From an uncultured Gemmatimonadales bacterium (lineage in GTDB: Bacteria; Gemmatimonadota; Glassbacteria; GWA2-58-10): a DNA stretch of 64,000 nt. Positions 9,774 through 19,413 of the stretch are shown here, piece after piece (the stretch's first letter is position 1; every line of letters begins with the position of its first letter). Below the pieces are notes generated by a model. That model had not been told where the DNA came from and searched no databases. It saw nothing but the letters and a program-made list of their open reading frames with translations. The stretch spans positions 8,656 through 72,655 of the forward strand of contig CAZJQI010000009.1 of NCBI GenBank assembly GCA_964548275.1. The letters run 5' to 3'. Both the position numbers and the translations under genes were made by a program.

Positions 9774-10631
9774 TTAGCTTTGCTTTTTCTGCACAGGGGA
9801 GAACAGGATCAACGCTTCCTCGATACGCTTGATATCAACCACCGTGTTTTTACACGGTCCCTCGGGCCTGCAGTTGGGCACAGCGAATGTCGGGATGACA
9901 GGGGCTACATCCTGGATGCCGCTCACCAGGTCCCGTTCACATGCCACGGCGATAATCCGGCTCGGATTGTGATCGCGGATAAGCTTGCGGGCAAGCTCGC
10001 CGCCTGGCACGGTATGGACCAGGCTGCCGTAACGGTCTCCCAGGATCTGGACGCTTTTTCGCATCTCCGGGGTGAGACAGCGGGGCAGGAGAATCATAAG
10101 GGGGCCGGTATCGGTATTCAGCCTGGCACTGCGCACAAGCGCATTGCTCACTTTAATGAATGAGTTGCCCATCCGGTCACGGCTGATACCGAATTGGTTG
10201 CCCAGCCGGACTGCCATCGGAACCAGAAGATTGAGAGTCTTCTGTACGAATTCCATCCGCCAGGGAAGACGGATACCGGTCAGCAGAGGCAGAGAGATCG
10301 AGACAAACCAGAACACCACCATGCTGCAGATAAATATCAGAACAGCCAACACGCCTTTGGCCAGAAGGTGATGCCAGCCTTCGAGCCTGGGATAAATCAT
10401 GTAGAAAAACAGGAAAGCTGCCGTTATCAACGCCAAAAGACATAAAAAGGCAAAACCGATAAAGACCCGCTGATCCTCGTCCAGGTTCCCATCATTTTTC
10501 TCCAGGCTGCCGTCCCAGCCCACCCACTCATCACCCAGTGTACGGTCTCTGGTTCGTGGCTCCGGGGCCTTCTTATTTTCTGTTTCGCCGCTTGCCCGAC
10601 TTTTGCTCTGGGTTTCCATCGCCTCCAGCAT
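9774..10631 (-). CDS. DUF116-like membrane protein with Cys-rich C-terminal domain
   Basis: N-terminal TM helices followed by 'LLPRCL...IIAVACERDLVSG...PNCRPEGPCKNT', as I recall for DUF116-family proteins. Confidence 0.55.
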   Translation of the reverse strand: MLEAMETQSKSRASGETENKKAPEPRTRDRTLGDEWVGWDGSLEKNDGNLDEDQRVFIGFAFLCLLALITAAFLFFYMIYPRLEGWHHLLAKGVLAVLIFICSMVVFWFVSISLPLLTGIRLPWRMEFVQKTLNLLVPMAVRLGNQFGISRDRMGNSFIKVSNALVRSARLNTDTGPLMILLPRCLTPEMRKSVQILGDRYGSLVHTVPGGELARKLIRDHNPSRIIAVACERDLVSGIQDVAPVIPTFAVPNCRPEGPCKNTVVDIKRIEEALILFSPVQKKQS

Positions 10632-10724
10632 CTCCCAGGCAGGATATTAAAGGTGCCTCACCCAGGCCTGTTGTTTAAGCGCCATGCGGCTTGTCAATGA
10701 GCCATTCTGGCAATACAGGGTTTT

Positions 10725-10925
10725 TCAGGCGCTGCTGTCCAGTTCCTTTAACAGTTGTTCAAGATCCACGGCATGCATTCGCGCGCCCATGAACAACGGC
10801 TCAACCGAAAAACTGGGACAGGAGAAACAATCTTTGCCGAAATACTTTTCAATCACTTTCCTGGCCTCTGGACTCACCTTTGATGTTTCGGCCATGGTCA
10901 TATTTTCAGTGAACTTATCCCCCAT
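10725..10925 (-). CDS. DUF1858-like small redox-disulfide protein (hybrid-cluster-protein-associated type)
   Basis: 66-aa form 'MGDKFTENMTMAE...KYFGKDCFSCPSFSVEPLFMGARMHAVDLEQLLKEL' has a CxxC motif and the C-terminal pattern of this family. The start at 10925 has GGTGGAG upstream. The ORF could extend to 10982. Confidence 0.5.
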   Translation of the reverse strand: MGDKFTENMTMAETSKVSPEARKVIEKYFGKDCFSCPSFSVEPLFMGARMHAVDLEQLLKELDSSA

Positions 10926-11013
10926 CTTGGCATGCTCCACCAGTTGATTGTAGGCCCTGAAAGGGACAAAAAGTCTGCTCACACTTTCTTAGAAATAAAC
11001 TTTCAGCGCTGAT

Positions 11014-11235
11014 TCAGACTGCCTCAACGCCTTTAATTTCAGGGATGTTTTCCTTGAGAACTTTTTCTACACCCATTTTCAGTGTCACCGCAGCACCAGG
11101 GCATCCTGAGCAGGCTCCCTTGAGACGCACCTGCACGATATTGTCTTCCGTGATCCCGACAAGTTCGATATCGCCACCATCGGCCTGAAGATATCCACGA
11201 ATTCCTTCGATCACTTTTTCCACTTTCTCTTTCAT
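11014..11235 (-). CDS. NifU-like (Nfu-type) Fe-S cluster scaffold/carrier domain protein
   Basis: 73 aa, 'LQADGGDIELV...VRLKGACSGCPGAAVTLKMGVEKVL', which is the classic Nfu C-terminal domain with CxxC. Confidence 0.85.
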   Translation of the reverse strand: MKEKVEKVIEGIRGYLQADGGDIELVGITEDNIVQVRLKGACSGCPGAAVTLKMGVEKVLKENIPEIKGVEAV

Positions 11236-11291
11236 ACAATCCCTCCGGTTGCATTAATTTCTCAGGGGCCTGGATTTGAATTAATAGCTTT

Positions 11292-12134
11292 TTACACGTC
11301 CATAAACCGTCCCTGGCCATAGGCCAGCCTTTTGATTTTTTCCATTTTCCTTTGGTAATATTCTATATTGGGTGGTTCCAGGTCAACCGCTTTACGGATA
11401 TATGTGAGCGCCCGGTAATATTCTTTTTTCAGATAGTAAATCTCGGCTATTGTATCCAGGTAACCGGGATTGTCCGGCTCGATCTCCAGCGAGTGTTTGC
11501 TCAGAACCAGGGCCCCCTCCAGGTTGATACCCAATTGGGCATAGGTCCAGGCGAGGTTGTTCATCGCGCTGGCATTCAGGCTGTCCAGTCCGAGACAGAC
11601 CCTGTAAGCCTGGATAGCATCATCCAGATTCCCCTGCTGGAAATAAATATTGCCTAGAATATATTGCAAATCGGCGTTGTCGGGATTTTCCCCGGCGGCT
11701 TCCTCAAGATGGTGCTGTGCTTTGGGCAGATTCCCCTGATTGAGAAACATCTGGCCGAGATAGAGGTGGTAATTAGAGATAAAATGTAGGGTATAAAATC
11801 CGGCCAAAACCAGCAGGATAATTGCAATAACTCTTGGAAAGCTGAGCTTTTTCCCTCCAGCGGGAGGATTATTATAATTTCCAACCCTGGGCTCACGCAG
11901 ATTGGCCTCCCAGCGGGAAAGTGCGCCCGAGAAACCTTCCAAGAACCTTTCAGCAGACGAACTGCACGCCGGGCAGTAGCCGCTTTCCTCAAGGCATTCT
12001 TTGCAGAAATATTCTCCGCAGCCGGGACAATGTGCAACAGCAACTCGATCCGGATGCATGCTGCAGTAGTTCGTACTGTATGTGCCATAACCGTCCATAC
12101 AAATTAATATATACTTTATCTTGGATAATTTCAA
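11292..12134 (-). CDS. TPR-repeat protein with N-terminal zinc-ribbon and one TM helix
   Basis: 'CPGCGEYFCKECLEESGYCPACS' is a four-Cys ribbon, and 'VIAIILLVLAGFYTLHFI' is a TM helix. Several TPR units follow (e.g. 'AQHHLEEAAGENPDNADLQYILGNIYFQQGNLDDAIQAYRVCLGLD'). Confidence 0.7.
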   Translation of the reverse strand: MKLSKIKYILICMDGYGTYSTNYCSMHPDRVAVAHCPGCGEYFCKECLEESGYCPACSSSAERFLEGFSGALSRWEANLREPRVGNYNNPPAGGKKLSFPRVIAIILLVLAGFYTLHFISNYHLYLGQMFLNQGNLPKAQHHLEEAAGENPDNADLQYILGNIYFQQGNLDDAIQAYRVCLGLDSLNASAMNNLAWTYAQLGINLEGALVLSKHSLEIEPDNPGYLDTIAEIYYLKKEYYRALTYIRKAVDLEPPNIEYYQRKMEKIKRLAYGQGRFMDV

Positions 12135-12306
12135 ACAGTTTTAGCCAATTGGGGATTGAAAACCTCCGGACTGTCCAGTTTCGATTGAAAAACTTCCTGA
12201 ATGGTTAGCCCTCCTTCCTCTGAAGAGATGGGCGAGAATAATTCTTTCTTTAATTCAACGGTTTATTCTTTTATCCTGTTATTTCCTGACCACGGTTATT
12301 GTTCCC

Positions 12307-12335
12307 TTGACAAAGTTTTCCTCCCGTAATACAAT
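12307..12335 (+). promoter_or_regulatory. candidate sigma-70 promoter upstream of pilT
   Basis: TTGACA (12307-12312), 17-nt spacer, TACAAT (12330-12335). This implies a leader of about 180 nt before the pilT ATG at 12522. Confidence 0.45.
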
Positions 12336-12521
12336 CAAATTGCGGCATTGAAACAGCCTGATTTTATACCATTTACACCGGTAAAAGGCCTTTCGATAGG
12401 CTAACTGAAAGTTTACGGCCACAGGAAGCACGACTGTCCGCCCACTGGGCCAGGTGCCGTTTTTAATTTCGGTTTGCAAAACATCCGAATTCGATCCATT
12501 TCCAAACATTGGGAGTAGTAC

Positions 12522-13571
12522 ATGGACATTGCTGAACTTCTATTGTTCACCCACAAGCAGGGTGCCTCAGACCTCCACCTCAGTGCCGGGGAACCCCCGC
12601 GCATCCGGGTACATGGGGATATGATGCCGGTCAAAGTGCCCCTGCTGGATAAAAAAGAAGTCCATAACATGATTTATGACATCCTGAACGACCGGCAGCG
12701 CAAAATATTCGAGGAAACCCACGATATCGACTTTTCCATGGAGCTCGGTGATGTTGCCCGTTTCCGGGTGAATGTTTTCGTGCAGCACCGTGGAGATGGG
12801 GCTGTTTTCCGTACTATTCCCTCGGAGGTGCTCTCGTTTGACAAGCTCGGCCTGCCTCAGACAATGCGTAACTTCGCCAAGCTGGAGAAAGGTATCGTGC
12901 TGGTGACCGGTCCCACCGGCAGCGGGAAGAGCACGACCCTGGCTGCGGTAATCGACCTGATCAACGATGAACGTCACGGGCATATTTTGACAATCGAGGA
13001 CCCGATCGAGTTCGTACACAAGTCGAAAAACTGCCTGATCAGCCAGCGGGAGGTTGGCCCTCACACGCATTCATTTGCAAACGCCCTGCGCGGGGCCCTT
13101 CGTGAAGACCCGGATGTGATCCTGGTGGGAGAAATGAGAGACCTGGAAACCATTCAGCTCGCTCTCACTGCAGCGGAGACCGGCCACCTGGTGTTCGGTA
13201 CCCTGCACACCTCGAGTGCTCCCAAGACTGTGGACCGTATTGTTGATGTTTTCCCGGCGGGGGAACAAGGTCAGATCAGGGCAATGTTCGCCGAAAGCTG
13301 CCGATCCGTGGTGAGCCAGGTGTTGCTGAAAAAGAAAGAAGGCAAGGGCAGGGTGGCCGCCCTGGAAATCATGATCGGCACCCCGGCGGTGCGAAACCTG
13401 ATACGCGAGGGCAAAGTCGCACAGCTACCCTCTGCCTTGCAGACCGGGCAGAAATGGGGCATGCAGACACTCGATCAGCACCTCAAAGAACTGGTCCACA
13501 AGGGTATCGTAACCAAAGAAGACGCACTCATTTACGCGGCAGATCCGGAACTGTTCGAACGCAGCTTCTGA
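12522..13571 (+). CDS. pilT: type IV pilus twitching-motility (retraction) ATPase PilT
   Basis: 349 aa. 'ASDLHLSAGEPPRIRVHGDM', Walker A 'GPTGSGKSTT', 'ILVGEMRDLETI' and 'TGHLVFGTLHT' are PilT signatures. Confidence 0.9.
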   Translation: MDIAELLLFTHKQGASDLHLSAGEPPRIRVHGDMMPVKVPLLDKKEVHNMIYDILNDRQRKIFEETHDIDFSMELGDVARFRVNVFVQHRGDGAVFRTIPSEVLSFDKLGLPQTMRNFAKLEKGIVLVTGPTGSGKSTTLAAVIDLINDERHGHILTIEDPIEFVHKSKNCLISQREVGPHTHSFANALRGALREDPDVILVGEMRDLETIQLALTAAETGHLVFGTLHTSSAPKTVDRIVDVFPAGEQGQIRAMFAESCRSVVSQVLLKKKEGKGRVAALEIMIGTPAVRNLIREGKVAQLPSALQTGQKWGMQTLDQHLKELVHKGIVTKEDALIYAADPELFERSF

Positions 13572-13686
13572 ACCGGCATCTTCCGATTGGGATTTCAGTT
13601 GCCAGATTCTTCTGCAATTGGTACGGCAGTGCACCGTGCCTTTCGTTGGAGCTATAAATCAGCCTAAAATTAAGGAAGAGGTAGCC

Positions 13687-14808
13687 ATGGAATTCATGGA
13701 CCTGTTGAAACACATGGTGGAGGAGGACGCATCGGACATTTACATCACCGCGCACTGCCCGCCAATGTTCCGGGTCGAGGGAGTCACCAAGCCCTGGGGC
13801 GAGGAGATCCTGAGCAACGAACGGACAGCCAAGGTGGCCGCCTCGATCATGAACGAAAAGCAGCGCAAAGAATTCCTTGAAACTTTCGAGATGAACCTCG
13901 CCCTGGCCTATGAGGAGCTGGGCCGTTTCCGCGTGAACATTTTCAAGCAGCGCGGCCAGGTGGGTCTGGTGATCCGCCAGATCAAGGTGAAAATCCTTAC
14001 CCTGGAACAGCTCAAACTCCCGTCGATCCTGGCCGACATTGTCATGACAAAGCGCGGGCTGGTCCTCGTGGTAGGGGCTACCGGATGCGGCAAGAGCACC
14101 ACGCTGGCGGCAATGATCGATCACCGCAACACCAGTTCTTCCGGCCATATTATTACTATCGAAGACCCGATCGAGTTCGTTCATGAGCACAAGAAAAGTG
14201 TCATTACACAGCGTGAGGTGGGAATGGATACCCACTCCTTCCGCGCAGCGCTCAAGAACACCCTGCGCCAGGCCCCGGACGTTATCCTGGTCGGAGAGAT
14301 CAGGGACACCGAGACCATGGAGCACGCAATCGAGTTTGCAGAAACCGGCCATCTCTGTCTCGGCACCCTTCACGCTAACAACGCAAACCAGGCGATCGAG
14401 CGGGTGATGAACTTTTTCCCAGAGGAGCGCCACCCGCAGATCTACATGCAGCTTTCTCTCAACCTGAGATCCATTATCAGCCAGCGCCTGATCAGCACCA
14501 AGGATGGTCATCGGGCGGCAGCAGTGGAGGTCCTGCTCGATACCCCGCGTGTCAAGGATCTGATCCTGAAAGGTGAGATAGGGCTGCTTAAGGAAACTAT
14601 GGGGAAAGGTACTCAGGAAGGGATGCAGACTTTCGACCAGGCGCTTCTGTACCTTTACAAGGAGAAACGGATCAGCCTGGAGGATGCTCTGGCCAACGCG
14701 GACAGTGCCAATGACCTGCGGCTTAAAATCAAGATGGAGAAAGTCGGAGCCGGCGAAGGGGTCGAATCTGGGACGGGCGAGGAAGACAAGTTAAAACTCA
14801 GAATCTAA
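13687..14808 (+). CDS. pilU: PilT-family ATPase, PilU-like
   Basis: Walker A 'GATGCGKSTT', 'ILVGEIRDTETM' and 'TGHLCLGTLHANNANQAIERV' resemble PilU. ATG at 13687 is preceded by AAGGAAGAGG. Confidence 0.78.
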   Translation: MEFMDLLKHMVEEDASDIYITAHCPPMFRVEGVTKPWGEEILSNERTAKVAASIMNEKQRKEFLETFEMNLALAYEELGRFRVNIFKQRGQVGLVIRQIKVKILTLEQLKLPSILADIVMTKRGLVLVVGATGCGKSTTLAAMIDHRNTSSSGHIITIEDPIEFVHEHKKSVITQREVGMDTHSFRAALKNTLRQAPDVILVGEIRDTETMEHAIEFAETGHLCLGTLHANNANQAIERVMNFFPEERHPQIYMQLSLNLRSIISQRLISTKDGHRAAAVEVLLDTPRVKDLILKGEIGLLKETMGKGTQEGMQTFDQALLYLYKEKRISLEDALANADSANDLRLKIKMEKVGAGEGVESGTGEEDKLKLRI

Positions 14809-14825
14809 GCCAGGAGTGAAATCCC

Positions 14826-16025
14826 ATGCCTGTTTTTACCTGGAAAGCAAGAACAGTTAAGGGGGAGGCACATACCGGCGAACTCACTGCTGCAAGCCCC
14901 CAGGAGGTAATCGGCTATCTCCGGCGCAAGCGCCTGATTGTGATTTCTATAAACGCCAAGCCTAAGGAGATCAAGATCAGCCTTGGCGGTAGAATCAAGA
15001 CCCGGGACATCATGATTTTCGCCCGCCAGTTCGCCACCATGATCGACAGCGGGCTACCGCTGGTGCAGTGTCTGTCGATTCTCGGCCAGCAGACAGAAAA
15101 CCCCAAGCTCAGATCCACTGTCAACTCAATCAGGTCTGATGTAGAGGCGGGCAATACCCTGGCCGACAGCCTTCAGAAATTTCCCAAGCTTTTCTCCAAC
15201 CTGTTCGTTTCCATGGTCCGCGCCGGTGAGGCTGGCGGCATTCTCGACACGATCCTGCTGCGCCTGAGCGAGTACCTTGAGAAAAACGACGCCATTGTGC
15301 GCAAGATCAAGGGCGCGATGATTTACCCGGCAGTGGTTTTCACCGCGGCTATGGGCTGTGTGGCGATACTGCTCATTTTTGTCATTCCGATTTTTGCCGG
15401 GATGTTCGAAGAGATGGGTATGGAACTGCCACTGCCGACCCAGATTGTGGTCAACCTGAGCGATTTTCTGATCGGCTACTGGTGGCTGATCGCGGGCGCG
15501 ATAATCGGTGGTATCTTCGGGTTGAGAGCATACAGGAAAACGGATAAAGGTGAGCTTGCCTTAGATGCGCTGATGTTGAAAGTACCGGTGCTGGGTGATC
15601 TGATCCGCAAAAGCTCTGTGGCCCGTTTTACCAGGACACTCGGCACTCTGATCACAAGCGGGGTGTCGATCCTCCACGGTCTGGAGGTGACAGCCAAAAC
15701 CAGCGGTAACCGGGTGGTGCACGATGCGGTGATGGGTAGCCGGGTTTCGATCGCCGGCGGAGAAACGATTGCCAAACCGCTCAAGGAAGCCGAAGTATTT
15801 CCGCCGATGGTGATCCAGATGATTAATGTCGGCGAGCAAACCGGCGGCCTGGATGCGATGCTGATCAAAGTCGCCGATTTCTATGAGGATGAGGTCGATA
15901 CAGCGGTGGATGCGCTTACTGCCGCTCTCGAACCTATCATGATTGTCTTTCTGGGCGTTATCGTGGGCAGCATGGTTGTCTCCATGTACCTGCCGATTTT
16001 TGACCTGATAACCAAAATGCACTAA
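14826..16025 (+). CDS. pilC: type IV pilus platform protein PilC (GspF family)
   Basis: 399 aa with a duplicated GspF domain ('FARQFATMIDSGLPLVQCL', 'FTRTLGTLITSGVSILHGL') and three TM segments. Confidence 0.9.
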   Translation: MPVFTWKARTVKGEAHTGELTAASPQEVIGYLRRKRLIVISINAKPKEIKISLGGRIKTRDIMIFARQFATMIDSGLPLVQCLSILGQQTENPKLRSTVNSIRSDVEAGNTLADSLQKFPKLFSNLFVSMVRAGEAGGILDTILLRLSEYLEKNDAIVRKIKGAMIYPAVVFTAAMGCVAILLIFVIPIFAGMFEEMGMELPLPTQIVVNLSDFLIGYWWLIAGAIIGGIFGLRAYRKTDKGELALDALMLKVPVLGDLIRKSSVARFTRTLGTLITSGVSILHGLEVTAKTSGNRVVHDAVMGSRVSIAGGETIAKPLKEAEVFPPMVIQMINVGEQTGGLDAMLIKVADFYEDEVDTAVDALTAALEPIMIVFLGVIVGSMVVSMYLPIFDLITKMH

Positions 16026-16151
16026 ACTGAAGACTGTACGCGCTCAACGGGTTACGTACAGCCTGATCCCCCACCAGCAAGGCGGTCAGCCACTTGGAAG
16101 ATTATGAGAACGCCTTGCAAAAGTTGCGGGGGTGGTGCTGAGGTTGGCCGT

Positions 16152-17975
16152 ATGTTTCGAATATCCCTCCTGCAAAAGGTAAGATGGGACCCGCCCACAT
16201 TATCCTCCCGGATGCTGATCAAGTGGTGGATGATACTGCGGGTGGTTATCGTTTCCACTACATTGGCTGTTGTCTGGTATTTCAGCGGCCGGGTCAGTGA
16301 CTACACCACTGCCGCTGTCATGCCGGCAGTGATCGTTTCAGTCACTGCAGTAATTTCTTTGCTCTTCTATCGCTCGGTCAAAAGAGGCAACCCCCCGGAA
16401 CTCCATTATTTTTTCCACTATTTTATCGATATCTCGCTGATCAGCCTGATCAACTTGATTACTCTGCCGGTGGGAGTGAATTTCGTTCCTCTCTACGTGC
16501 CGAGCATCGCTGTGGCCAGTATCCTGAGTTTCCGTTCGGGAGCGTTTTTTACAGCCACTATAGCCTCGATTCTTTACCTGCCGGTGGGCCTGAGGATGCT
16601 GAGCCTTGGAGTTACATTCAGACGGCTGTTCGAGTTCAACGTATCGTACCTGGACGATAAATCGATTTTCTTGAATATCAGCCTGCAGATATTTCTCTTT
16701 TACGCAATCGCCGCGATCACCAGCTACCTTAGTATAAAGTTACGCAGCACCGGATCGGAACTTGAGGATACCCGCAGGCTTCTCCGGCAGCACCGGCTCG
16801 ATACCAATGAGATACTTCAGAATATCGCCAGTGGCCTGGTTACCTGCAACACAGCGGGCGCCGTTGTCTATGCCAACGATGCTGCGGTGAAAATCTTGGG
16901 CATGACTTCGGAACAACTTCTGGGTCAGCAGGCTGAAAGGCTTTTTGAAGATTCCTGCCCTGATATCGGACGTATAATATACCTTGCTTCCCAGGCGCAG
17001 ATCGTGGTCACCCGCCGTACGGTTAGGCTTTCGGGAGCGGAGGATGGAAAACCCCTGGCTGTCAGTTCTTCCCTGCTCCAGGATGGAGACGGCAAGCTGA
17101 GAGGGGTCTCCCTGGTATTTGAGGATATTTCCCCCGAAATAAAAGCAAGGCAACTGGAATTGAGAGGCAGCAGACTCGAGGCCGTGGCTGAACTGGCGGC
17201 TTCCCTTGCCCACGAGATCAAGAACCCCCTGGCTTCTATCCGCAGTGCTGTGGAATTCATGGTTGACAGCGAAAAGGCCGGTAAGGATCCACGGATGGCA
17301 AAATTGATGGATTGTATCCTCAAGGAAAGCGACCGCCTGACCGAGCTTTTAAAGCAGTTTCTGAAATTTGCTTCCGGTAGTCTTGGCCCTTCCGAAAGCG
17401 TGAACCTGGGCCAACTGCTGGAGGAGGTCCGCCAGTCGGTGAGCCATCACCCGGACTGGCGCAGCAATGTGAAAGTCGAAATGGCCCCGGATGTTTCGCC
17501 AATGTGGGTTATGGCGCACAGATCCTCCTTGTGCCAGGTGTTTATTAACCTGATGATCAACGCGGTCCAGGCAAAAGGTACAGACGCAAGACAAACATCA
17601 CGGATAGTTATCGAAAGCGCAGACCGAAGGCGGGTAAGCCGGCTAGAGGAACCTGGGAAATCAAGTTTCCATCGATTGTGCTTCCGCGACAACGGGCCGG
17701 GAATCGAAAAGAAGGTCCGCGAGCGAATATTTGAACCCTTTTATACTACGCGAAAGGGAGGGTTCGGACTGGGCTTGGCCGTGGTGCACCGGATTGTCAA
17801 TGCGCTGGGCGGTTTGATTGACGTGGAGGATTCCCCGGAGGGACCGGGGGCGGCATTTATTATCTCCCTGCCCAGGGCCAGAGAGAGTAGCATAAGAGGT
17901 GATTCTGAGAAAGAACCGGAAAAGACCGGCCGCAAAGAGAAAAAGTTGTCCAAAACCGGAGCTAAAAGTAAATGA
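16152..17975 (+). CDS. sensor histidine kinase, PilS-like (polytopic N-terminus, PAS, HisKA, HATPase)
   Basis: Multiple N-terminal TM helices, H-box 'SLAHEIKNPLASI', and N/G boxes 'NLMINAVQA' and 'DNGPGI...GGFGLGLAVV'. The stop overlaps the response-regulator start (ATGA). The start is uncertain (16104 or 16152). Confidence 0.75.
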   Translation: MFRISLLQKVRWDPPTLSSRMLIKWWMILRVVIVSTTLAVVWYFSGRVSDYTTAAVMPAVIVSVTAVISLLFYRSVKRGNPPELHYFFHYFIDISLISLINLITLPVGVNFVPLYVPSIAVASILSFRSGAFFTATIASILYLPVGLRMLSLGVTFRRLFEFNVSYLDDKSIFLNISLQIFLFYAIAAITSYLSIKLRSTGSELEDTRRLLRQHRLDTNEILQNIASGLVTCNTAGAVVYANDAAVKILGMTSEQLLGQQAERLFEDSCPDIGRIIYLASQAQIVVTRRTVRLSGAEDGKPLAVSSSLLQDGDGKLRGVSLVFEDISPEIKARQLELRGSRLEAVAELAASLAHEIKNPLASIRSAVEFMVDSEKAGKDPRMAKLMDCILKESDRLTELLKQFLKFASGSLGPSESVNLGQLLEEVRQSVSHHPDWRSNVKVEMAPDVSPMWVMAHRSSLCQVFINLMINAVQAKGTDARQTSRIVIESADRRRVSRLEEPGKSSFHRLCFRDNGPGIEKKVRERIFEPFYTTRKGGFGLGLAVVHRIVNALGGLIDVEDSPEGPGAAFIISLPRARESSIRGDSEKEPEKTGRKEKKLSKTGAKSK

Positions 17976-19309
17976 ATAAAGTTCTGATTATCGACGATGA
18001 GCAATCTCTGCTTACCACGCTGGAGATGCTTTTTACCTCCAAGGGCTATTCTGTCCAGACTGCCGGTGGGGGCAAGGAGGGGCTGGAAATACTCACCCCG
18101 GATAATCTGCCGGATTTGCTGATTTCTGATATCAAGATGCCGGACCTGGATGGGATCGAGGTGCTGCGCGAGGTTAAAAAAATCGATCCTTACCTGCCGG
18201 TGGTGCTAATCACTGCACAGGCGGACAAGCAGGAAGCGATTGCCGCCTGCAACGAAGGGGCGTACTATTTCCTCGAAAAGCCGTTCGAGAATAAAGAGCT
18301 GCTCAAGATTTGCAGCGAGGCACTTGAAAACGGCAGGGCGGGGCGACGTTATTCGGAGCGCAGGCGGGAGTTGAGTTCGGCACAACTGCCTGAATTTCTT
18401 ATCGGCGAAGCGCCAGAGTTCAAGAAAGTCCTGCAGGTGGCCGGGAAGGCTGCGAAAACTGACAGTACCATTCTGATCCAGGGAGAAAGCGGCACGGGTA
18501 AGGAACTGGTCGCCAGGTATATCTACCGGGAAAGCGCCAGGCGCGATCGCCCCTTTGTCCCGGTCAATTGCGGGGCGCTGACGGAAACGCTGCTGGAAAG
18601 CGAACTTTTCGGCCATGTCAAGGGTTCGTTTACCGGCGCGATTTCCAACAAAGACGGCCTTTTCAAGGTTGCCAGCGGCGGCACTATTTTTCTCGATGAG
18701 GTAGGGGAGACCTCGCTTTCCTTTCAGGTAAAACTCCTGAGGGTGCTCCAGGAAAAAACCATCACGCCTGTGGGCTCTACTGAGCCGGTGACAGTCGATG
18801 TGCAGGTGATTGCCGCAACCAACCGGGATCTCGAGGCCGAGGTCGAGGCCGAACACTTCCGCCGGGACCTTTTCTACCGGCTGAACGTGATTCCTATCAA
18901 GCTTCCCCCCCTGCGCGAAAGAGTTGAGGATATTCCACTGCTTATCGATAGCATTCTCGAGCGAAAAGGCGGAACAGCCACCCATAAGACCCGCTTCACC
19001 GGGACGGCGCTCAAAAAGCTCAAATCTTACCGCTGGCCCGGCAATATTCGTGAACTCGAAAATATCATCGAGCATCTGGCTGTGATCGGTGCTAAAGGTA
19101 TAATCAACGAGGAGGATTTACCCGAAAAGATCCGAACACCCCAGCCGGAAAGCTTTGTCAGCGACAAACCTAAGGATACCCCTACCTTGGAAGCTGTGGA
19201 AAGAGCTTATATCCACTGGGTGATGGAGCAGGTGAACGGCAGTAAAAAGGAGGCTTCGAAAATCCTGGGGATTGACCCATCCACACTGTACCGCAAACTT
19301 TCCCGATAA
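17972..19309 (+). CDS. sigma-54-dependent response regulator (NtrC/PilR family)
   Basis: Receiver domain ('LISDIKMPDLDG'), AAA+ sigma-54 interaction domain ('GESGTGKE', 'ELFGHVKGSFTGA') and a C-terminal Fis-type HTH ('ASKILGIDPSTLYRKL'). Confidence 0.88.
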   Translation: MNKVLIIDDEQSLLTTLEMLFTSKGYSVQTAGGGKEGLEILTPDNLPDLLISDIKMPDLDGIEVLREVKKIDPYLPVVLITAQADKQEAIAACNEGAYYFLEKPFENKELLKICSEALENGRAGRRYSERRRELSSAQLPEFLIGEAPEFKKVLQVAGKAAKTDSTILIQGESGTGKELVARYIYRESARRDRPFVPVNCGALTETLLESELFGHVKGSFTGAISNKDGLFKVASGGTIFLDEVGETSLSFQVKLLRVLQEKTITPVGSTEPVTVDVQVIAATNRDLEAEVEAEHFRRDLFYRLNVIPIKLPPLRERVEDIPLLIDSILERKGGTATHKTRFTGTALKKLKSYRWPGNIRELENIIEHLAVIGAKGIINEEDLPEKIRTPQPESFVSDKPKDTPTLEAVERAYIHWVMEQVNGSKKEASKILGIDPSTLYRKLSR

Positions 19310-19413
19310 TATTCTGATCTTTTACTTCCATTAAGCTCCTGGCCGCATTATATTCAAAATCCACGGCCAACCGGACAATAATCAAATTTTTATGATGATT
19401 ATTTTGGGAGGAT

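Noticed and set aside
19310-19413. A search for a pilin gene or a sigma-54 (-24/-12) promoter directly downstream of pilR.
   Set aside because: The only GG-containing candidate (CTGGCCGCATTATATTCA) lacks the GC at -12. The 104-bp gap has no room for a prepilin ORF.
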